A DNA stretch of 64,000 bases from Nitrospiria bacterium (lineage in GTDB: Bacteria; Nitrospirota; UBA9217): positions 10,654 through 74,653 of the forward strand of contig CAKKPG010000012.1 of the NCBI GenBank assembly GCA_919901555.1, given 5' to 3'. The notes under the pieces are model-generated. The model was not told where the DNA came from. It saw only the letters and a program-made list of their open reading frames with translations, and did no database searches. Below, in pieces: positions 58,145 through 64,000 of the stretch. A program made the translations under genes and the position numbers. Position 1 is the stretch's first letter; each line of letters begins with the position of its first letter.

Positions 58145-59497
58145 CTATCCGATATCCGTCATCTTCTGTCCCTTGATGAATTCGACTGATTTTGCATCTT
58201 TGATCTCGGTCAGTTTTTTTACGACATCCCTGATGCGCATGGCCATGTCGAATATGACCTGAAATTTCTTGCGGAGCTCGGGGTCGATGGCATCATCTTC
58301 CCGGTAGATCTCCGCCCAATTGACGATCACGTTCAGCGGGTTATTGATCTCGTGTTCCACCGTCCTCGTCACCTCTCCCAGCGCGGACAGCCGTTCAGCC
58401 TTGACGACCTTGTCGTGCGACACCTGCAGGTCGTGCCGGGCATTCGTAAGCCGCTCATAGCACCACCACAGGTTGATCCCGACGGACACCTGTCTGCTGA
58501 TGGCAACGGCGAGCTGTATCTTCTCATTGGTGAACGGCGAGCGCGCCCAGTCCCGCTCTTCGCCGAAAATCATCAGGCCTACATTCTCTGCGGCGATCCT
58601 GATGGGGACCGCCAGGAGGGACCGCGTTTCCCTGGTGATGATCTTTTTCAGGTCTTCGTCGATTTCGTCGGTTTCCAGCCGGAATACCCGGGGCTGCCGC
58701 CCTTCGAGCACGGCGCTCACCTTCGCCAGCCGGTCCGGGCTGAACACCGTTCCGATCGCGGGTTCCCACGTGAGCGAGCGAACGGGGCACGCGATCCGCA
58801 GGGCAAGGTTGGACTTGTCATCATACAGCATCACCACCGCGTAGGTGGACGGAATGTGGTCTTTGAGCCGTTCCGACAATGCATCGAGGAGAGCGTCCCT
58901 TTCCATGTCCCGGAGCAGCCCCGACGTGATGGCGTACAGGTCGGTGAGCTCGGCGTTGAGGTCCTCGAGGACGGCGTTCTTCTTCAGCACGAACCGGGTC
59001 ACGCCGTACAGGATGTACGTGCCGAGATAGAAGAACAGGACCGTGACCGCCGCTGTGGCAAAGTCTTTCGGCCGCGGACTACCATAGAGAAACGGAAGAA
59101 GATAGAACAGGGACACCACCGTGGCCAGGGAGAGCATTTCCGCGAGATTGTAGAAATAGGAAAAGAGGATAATGAGGAAAAACAGCAGGCCGTAGCTGCT
59201 CTGGAGTCCGCCGGAGAACAGCACGAGGAGGGCCACGAGGGAAGAGCTGGAGAACAGGTGCGCCAGGGTGAAGACGCGCGGTTCGTATGCGTCCCAGGGG
59301 AACGCGTGGAGAAAAATCATCATGCCCGCGGCGAGCACGGCGAGGGACATGAGCCAGACAGGGTGAAATGTGACCTGATGCGGAAGGTAGATCGTGGATG
59401 CGACAAGAATAATGCCGAAAATATAAAATCGCTCAGCCACCCGGGCCATGGCCACACCAATGCCCGGCGCTATCCGTGGAGCAAGGAAAGACATCAT
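58145..59497 (-). CDS. Polytopic membrane sensor with GAF and HisKA(DHp)-only; no ATP-binding catalytic domain
   Basis: 450 aa with about 6 N-terminal TM helices, GAF, and H-box TVEHEINNPLNVIVNWAEI. It ends about 60 aa after the His box with no N/G1/G2 boxes. Confidence 0.6.
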   Translation of the reverse strand: MMSFLAPRIAPGIGVAMARVAERFYIFGIILVASTIYLPHQVTFHPVWLMSLAVLAAGMMIFLHAFPWDAYEPRVFTLAHLFSSSSLVALLVLFSGGLQSSYGLLFFLIILFSYFYNLAEMLSLATVVSLFYLLPFLYGSPRPKDFATAAVTVLFFYLGTYILYGVTRFVLKKNAVLEDLNAELTDLYAITSGLLRDMERDALLDALSERLKDHIPSTYAVVMLYDDKSNLALRIACPVRSLTWEPAIGTVFSPDRLAKVSAVLEGRQPRVFRLETDEIDEDLKKIITRETRSLLAVPIRIAAENVGLMIFGEERDWARSPFTNEKIQLAVAISRQVSVGINLWWCYERLTNARHDLQVSHDKVVKAERLSALGEVTRTVEHEINNPLNVIVNWAEIYREDDAIDPELRKKFQVIFDMAMRIRDVVKKLTEIKDAKSVEFIKGQKMTDIG

Positions 59498-59726
59498 ATC
59501 CTCCTGAGGTCGTAATTAAAATTATACACGACAACAGGTGGTTGTCAAGGTTAGCGGGCTTTTTTAGAAAAGATAACCGCCGCTTCTGCCGCCCCTCTGA
59601 TCATCTCGATGCATCGGCACGCGTGCTCCTCGGCCTGCCGGCCGACCGCTCCGCCGCCGGCGAAGGAATTTCTTCTTGACTATACATGTAACATGTGTTA
59701 CGTTGTAAACAGATGATACATATTGC

Positions 59727-60788
59727 TTGAGCAATTCATCGAGTGCGATGCGTCCTTTGGCTCTCCGGGGACAAGGAATGCGGAAGGAGAGGGAGAGAAA
59801 TCTGATGGCTTCGACATCCCGCGAGAAGTGGCTTCTGTTTTTTTACACGGTGCCTTCGAAACCGGTCAGCAACCGGATGAAGATATGGAGAAAGCTCTCT
59901 CAGGCCGGCGCCTTTCAACTGAAGGGCGCCGTCTACATCCTCCCCGCGACCGATGAGCACGTGGAATTCTTCCAGTGGCTGATTTCCGAAGTCACGTCCA
60001 TGAGTGGAGACGGGGTCTTTGTCCGCGTCACGCGGGTGGAAACGGTAAGCGACGCCGATATCATGGAGCTCTTTAACCGGCAGAGGGCCGTGGAATACCG
60101 TCGCATCGAGAAACAGCTGGAGGACCTCGACCGGAGGGCGAGCAGCATCAGGAAGGGCGCAGATGGGCAGGGAAGTAAAAAGGTTTCTGAACAGTTCCAG
60201 AAGCTGCTGAAGGAATATGACGGGGTGAAAAAGATCGATTTCTTCTCGTCAAAAACGGGCGAGACGCTCAAAAAGAGGATCCGGGCCCTGGAGGCTGAAA
60301 TGAAAACCCTCACGGGACCGGAAACGAAAGCGAGGAGCATCGAGGCGCCTCATCGGCGCGTTGAGGACTACTCCGGGAGGACCTGGACCACTCGCAAGAG
60401 GCCCTTCGTGGACAGAATGGCCTCGGCATGGCTCATTAAGCGCTTCATCGACGACAAAGCGGTCTTCCTGTTCATCGATGAACAGGACATGCAGGCCCTG
60501 GGCGAAGACGCGGTCACGTTCGATATTCGGGGAGGAGAATTCACCCACGTAGGCGATTTATGCACCTTCGAGGCGCTCATCAAGTCGTTCAGCCTCAAAG
60601 CAAAGTTGCTGCCTAAGATCGCCGAGATTGTCCACGAACTCGACATGAAGGACGGTAAGTACGAGAACCCGGAAACTGCCGGTCTGGAAGAGATCCTCGC
60701 CGGGATCCGAAAGACGGCCAAAGAGGACGCCGAAGCCCTCGAAAAAGGTATGGCCGTATTTGACATGCTGTACGCTTCGAAAACCTGA
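59727..60788 (+). CDS. chrB: ChrB-family chromate resistance regulatory protein
   Basis: WLLFFYTVPSKPVSNRMKIWRKLSQAGAFQLKGAVYILP (ChrB N-terminal) and FVDRMASAWLIKRFIDDKAVFLFI (ChrB C-terminal). Immediately upstream of chrA. The start may be M27 (MASTSREK, about 59805). Confidence 0.7.
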   Translation: MSNSSSAMRPLALRGQGMRKERERNLMASTSREKWLLFFYTVPSKPVSNRMKIWRKLSQAGAFQLKGAVYILPATDEHVEFFQWLISEVTSMSGDGVFVRVTRVETVSDADIMELFNRQRAVEYRRIEKQLEDLDRRASSIRKGADGQGSKKVSEQFQKLLKEYDGVKKIDFFSSKTGETLKKRIRALEAEMKTLTGPETKARSIEAPHRRVEDYSGRTWTTRKRPFVDRMASAWLIKRFIDDKAVFLFIDEQDMQALGEDAVTFDIRGGEFTHVGDLCTFEALIKSFSLKAKLLPKIAEIVHELDMKDGKYENPETAGLEEILAGIRKTAKEDAEALEKGMAVFDMLYASKT

Positions 60789-60820
60789 GCACGCGGTAAG
60801 CGGTAAAAGGAGAAAAGCAC

Positions 60821-62128
60821 ATGACTCCGCCCGGAATATCATTCGCTGAAGCCTTCCGGTACTGGCTCAAACTGGGGTTTATCAGTTTCGGAGGCCCCAC
60901 CGGCCAGATCGCCATCATGCACAAGGACCTGGTCGAGAAAAAGAAGTGGATAGAAGAAGAGCACTTCCTCCAGGCCCTCAACTTCTGCATGCTCCTGCCA
61001 GGCCCCGAGGCCCAGCAGCTCGCCACGTACATCGGCTGGATGTTGAACGGGAAATGGGGCGGCATCATGGCGGGCGGGCTCTTCGTCCTTCCCTCCATTT
61101 TTATCCTGTGGCTGCTCGCCTGGATGTATGCCTCGCTCGGCAGCGTGCCCGCGGTGGCGGCGTTGTTCTACGGCTTGAAACCTGCCGTTGTTGCCATTGT
61201 CCTTGAGGCGGTGCTGCGCATCGGGAAAAAGGCGTTAAAGACGAAATTTTTATACACCCTTGCGGCAGCAGCCTTTGTCGGCATCTATTTTTTCAATGTT
61301 CCCTTCCCGGTCATTGTATTGTCTGCCGGACTGATCGGGTACCTTTCCGGAACATTCGCGCCGGGTTTGCTCTCTGCAAAGGCGGGAAACACGCCTTCCG
61401 CCGGTCCATCCCCTGCCCGTGCAACGCCGGTGAACGCCGGCAAGGGCGTCAAGAGCGGGTGGAGGCGCTCGTTAAAAGTTCTCACGGTCTCTCTTGCCCT
61501 GTGGTTCCTTCCGATCGCTGTCCTCGGATTATGGAGAGGTTGGCAGGATACGTTCATTGATATCGGGATCCTGTTCAGCAAAGCCGCGGTCGTGACCTTC
61601 GGCGGAGCCTATGCGGTGCTCGGCTACATCAGCCAGCAGGCCGTGGGTCACTACCATTGGATCATGCCCGAGCAGATGATGGATGGCCTGGGCCTGGCCG
61701 AAACCACACCGGGGCCGCTCATCATGGTGAACCAGTTCGTCGGCTACTTAGCGGGGTATTATCACGCACAGGGTCTTCCCCCTGCCCTCGGAGGGGCCAT
61801 CGGCGGCCTGCTCACCACGTGGGTGACATTCATACCATCATTCATGATGATATTCCTGCTGGCGCCGTATATTGAAAAACTCAGGAGGAATAAGAGCCTG
61901 GGTACAGCGCTCTCTGCCATCACCGCTGCCGTGGTGGGCGTGGTGCTGAACCTCGCGGTACTCTTCACCCGTCACACGCTCGTCCCCGATGCCGGAGGTT
62001 TTGACTGGTATGCGCTCGCGGCGTCGATAGTCGCTTTCATCGGCATGCAGCGATTCAAATGGGGCATGGTCCCGGTGATTCTCGGGTCAGCCGCTGCAGG
62101 ATACCTCTGGAAGATGCTGCTAAACTAG
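60821..62128 (+). CDS. chrA: Chromate ion transporter ChrA (CHR family, two-domain)
   Basis: 435 aa. FRYWLKLGFISFGGPTGQIAIMHKDLVEKKKWI...FCMLLPGPEAQQLATYIGW, repeated in the second half (VVTFGGAYAVLGYI...). Confidence 0.85.
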   Translation: MTPPGISFAEAFRYWLKLGFISFGGPTGQIAIMHKDLVEKKKWIEEEHFLQALNFCMLLPGPEAQQLATYIGWMLNGKWGGIMAGGLFVLPSIFILWLLAWMYASLGSVPAVAALFYGLKPAVVAIVLEAVLRIGKKALKTKFLYTLAAAAFVGIYFFNVPFPVIVLSAGLIGYLSGTFAPGLLSAKAGNTPSAGPSPARATPVNAGKGVKSGWRRSLKVLTVSLALWFLPIAVLGLWRGWQDTFIDIGILFSKAAVVTFGGAYAVLGYISQQAVGHYHWIMPEQMMDGLGLAETTPGPLIMVNQFVGYLAGYYHAQGLPPALGGAIGGLLTTWVTFIPSFMMIFLLAPYIEKLRRNKSLGTALSAITAAVVGVVLNLAVLFTRHTLVPDAGGFDWYALAASIVAFIGMQRFKWGMVPVILGSAAAGYLWKMLLN

Positions 62129-62177
62129 AAACATACGATTCACGTCGGGAAGCATCCCGGGTAGCAAGGACAGGGAT

Positions 62178-64000
62178 ATGAAGAATCCTTTTAAACTGTT
62201 TTCAAAGAATGACGTATGCAAACCTCTCACCAATATCCAGGGAAGGCATGTTAAGAAATACCGGTCCTTCAAGACCTTTCTTGGCCATAATCATGCCGCA
62301 CTGAACAGCATGGCAGCGCTGGAACAGCGGTACCACAGCGGCCGGCCTTTCAGCCTTGCACAGGTAAAAATCAACTATGAAGAGCTTCTCGAAGCGGCTT
62401 TCGGCGTTCTCTATTCCCTTGAATCTCTTGCAGCCGGAACATTCCCTGCCCTCGAATCAGCGCTTCGCGATATTGATGCCGCGATCTCCGGGGAGCTCGA
62501 ACCATCATACACCGTTTCAACGAGGGACCTCGTCCTTCCCTTCGAGCAGTTAACACCGGAACGGGAAAATTCCGTTGGCGCGAAAGCGGCCCATCTTGCC
62601 CGCATCAAGAATCAACTCGGACTGCCTGTTCCGCACGGTTTCGTTGTCACCGCACATGCCTTTCAACGGTTCATGATGGAAAACGACCTCGCGCTGCCCG
62701 TGGCGAGAAAGTTGGCGCGGATTTCCCTGGATTCATTAGGAGAGATGGAAAAAGTCTGCGCTGAAATCCAGAAAATGGTTGCCGGCGCCTCCGTGCCTGA
62801 AGACCTAGCGGATGAGATTCTGAAGGCTTACAGCCTGCTTGAAGGAAAAACCTTTCAAGGGGCGCCTATCGCGATGAGGAGCAGTGCCGTTGGAGAAGAC
62901 ACCGAAGCGACCTTTGCCGGTCAGTACACAACGGTCCTGAACGTTACGAAGGGACACGTCCTCGACGCCTACAGGACGGTGCTCGCCGGCAAATACTCGG
63001 CAAAAGCCGTCTCCTCCCTTATGCGATACGGGCTCGATGACCGGGAAACTCCCATGTGCGTGGCGGGAATCGTCATGGTTGATGCTCGATCGAGCGGCGT
63101 CATGTACACGGCCGACCCTTCTTCGGGGAATACGGACATCATCAAGATACACTCGCTCTGGGGGCTGGGAGAACACCTGGTTGATGGAAGCGCCTCACCC
63201 GATACGTTCCTCGTGGACCGGAAGCGGCATGCGATCATCAGGAGAGAGCTCAGCAGAAAGGAAAACCGGCTTATCATCCGCAAGAACGGCGGCACGAAGC
63301 TGGAGACCGTTTCGGACAGCGAAAAGAACCTATCGTCGATCAGCGACGACGAAATCGCAAAACTCGCTGAATACGGGCGGAAACTGGAAGAATTATTCGA
63401 GGGTCCGCAGGACATTGAATGGGCCCTCGACAAACAGGGCATCTTGTTCATCCTGCAGTCGCGGCCGCTCCGGCTTCCCGCGGTTGCCGCGGTTGCCGCG
63501 GACCGGAACGACTTCAAACCGGATCCGGACCGTAATCCGGTCCTGCTTACGGGAGGCAGACCGGCGTCGCCGGGCATTGCCGCGGGTAACGTGTTCATCC
63601 TCCCGGAAGGCCCGGATATGCGGACCGTGCCTGAAGGCTGCATCGTGGTCGCGAAGACGGCCTCGCCGGATCATGCAAAGCTCATCGGGAGGATAAACGG
63701 GATCATCACGGAGATCGGCAGCACCACGAGCCATCTTGCCTCCGTTGCCCGTGAATTCGGCGTCCCCGCCGTCTTCGACATGAAGAACGCCGCGTCCCGG
63801 CTGCACGACAACGACCCCGTTACGCTGGACGCTTCGCACACCGTTGTCTATCAGGGAATCGTCGACGGGCCGGCGGGAGAAATACAGCTCCGGAAAAAAC
63901 CTTCCCTGGAGAGCCCGGTCCTTCGCAGGACAAGGCGTGTCCTCGACAGGATCTCTCCGCTGAACCTGACCGACCCCGGGCAGCCCTCGTTCTCGCCTGA
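62178..64000 (+). CDS. PEP-utilising enzyme family protein (PEP synthase / rifampicin-phosphotransferase-like), 3'-partial at the window edge
   Basis: Not in the ORF track (no stop before the window end). ATG at 62178 follows AAGGA. Open frame to position 64000. Pyruvate-phosphate-dikinase-type PEP/pyruvate-binding N-domain (VGAKAAHLARIKNQLGLPVPHGFVVTAHAF) and a swivel phospho-His domain (ITEIGSTTSHLASVAREFGVPAV). Confidence 0.7.
   Translation, partial: MKNPFKLFSKNDVCKPLTNIQGRHVKKYRSFKTFLGHNHAALNSMAALEQRYHSGRPFSLAQVKINYEELLEAAFGVLYSLESLAAGTFPALESALRDIDAAISGELEPSYTVSTRDLVLPFEQLTPERENSVGAKAAHLARIKNQLGLPVPHGFVVTAHAFQRFMMENDLALPVARKLARISLDSLGEMEKVCAEIQKMVAGASVPEDLADEILKAYSLLEGKTFQGAPIAMRSSAVGEDTEATFAGQYTTVLNVTKGHVLDAYRTVLAGKYSAKAVSSLMRYGLDDRETPMCVAGIVMVDARSSGVMYTADPSSGNTDIIKIHSLWGLGEHLVDGSASPDTFLVDRKRHAIIRRELSRKENRLIIRKNGGTKLETVSDSEKNLSSISDDEIAKLAEYGRKLEELFEGPQDIEWALDKQGILFILQSRPLRLPAVAAVAADRNDFKPDPDRNPVLLTGGRPASPGIAAGNVFILPEGPDMRTVPEGCIVVAKTASPDHAKLIGRINGIITEIGSTTSHLASVAREFGVPAVFDMKNAASRLHDNDPVTLDASHTVVYQGIVDGPAGEIQLRKKPSLESPVLRRTRRVLDRISPLNLTDPGQPSFSP

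Overview
This is a GC-rich (about 60%) bacterial chromosomal window. The gene content looks like an anaerobe: ferredoxin-dependent 2-oxoacid oxidoreductase, a sigma-54 activator and a large chemotaxis and two-component block.

Housekeeping block, all on the minus strand: 2-oxoacid:ferredoxin oxidoreductase beta and gamma subunits, tRNA-Phe(GAA) on the plus strand, purF, purB, a small M17-N-terminal-like protein, nusB, ribH, ribBA, ribE and an OmpA-family lipoprotein.

Accessory region (9.3-37.6 kb): three paralogous minus-strand cassettes. Each encodes a roughly 1,040-aa membrane-anchored transglutaminase-like (papain-fold, Cys-His-Asp) protein, one to three small AT-rich multi-TM proteins, and a secreted protein built from an N-terminal prenyltransferase/squalene-cyclase-like alpha/alpha-toroid repeat domain followed by CARDB and FG-GAP modules. 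The intact copy is 2,972 aa; the other two copies are truncated or internally deleted (527 and 935 aa), and a short relic of a fourth copy survives. Cassettes 1 and 2 each have a divergent XRE-family HTH regulator. Cassette 3 is preceded instead by a DUF433/DUF5615 toxin-antitoxin-like pair.

Downstream: a DUF6788-like small gene and a tandem-repeat tract, a receiver-like/AraC regulator, a candidate precursor-like small peptide gene followed by a secreted NHL-propeller protein and a HupE/UreJ-like membrane protein, and an IS66-family element with GTAACAGTTTAG terminal inverted repeats. After that come a complete chemotaxis cluster (cheX, cheY, cheB, cheA, cheR, cheW plus receiver proteins), several sensor kinases and an NtrC-type activator, then chrB-chrA and a partial PEP-utilising enzyme gene.

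Most plus-strand ORFs in the supplied track that overlap these minus-strand genes are GC-driven shadow ORFs.
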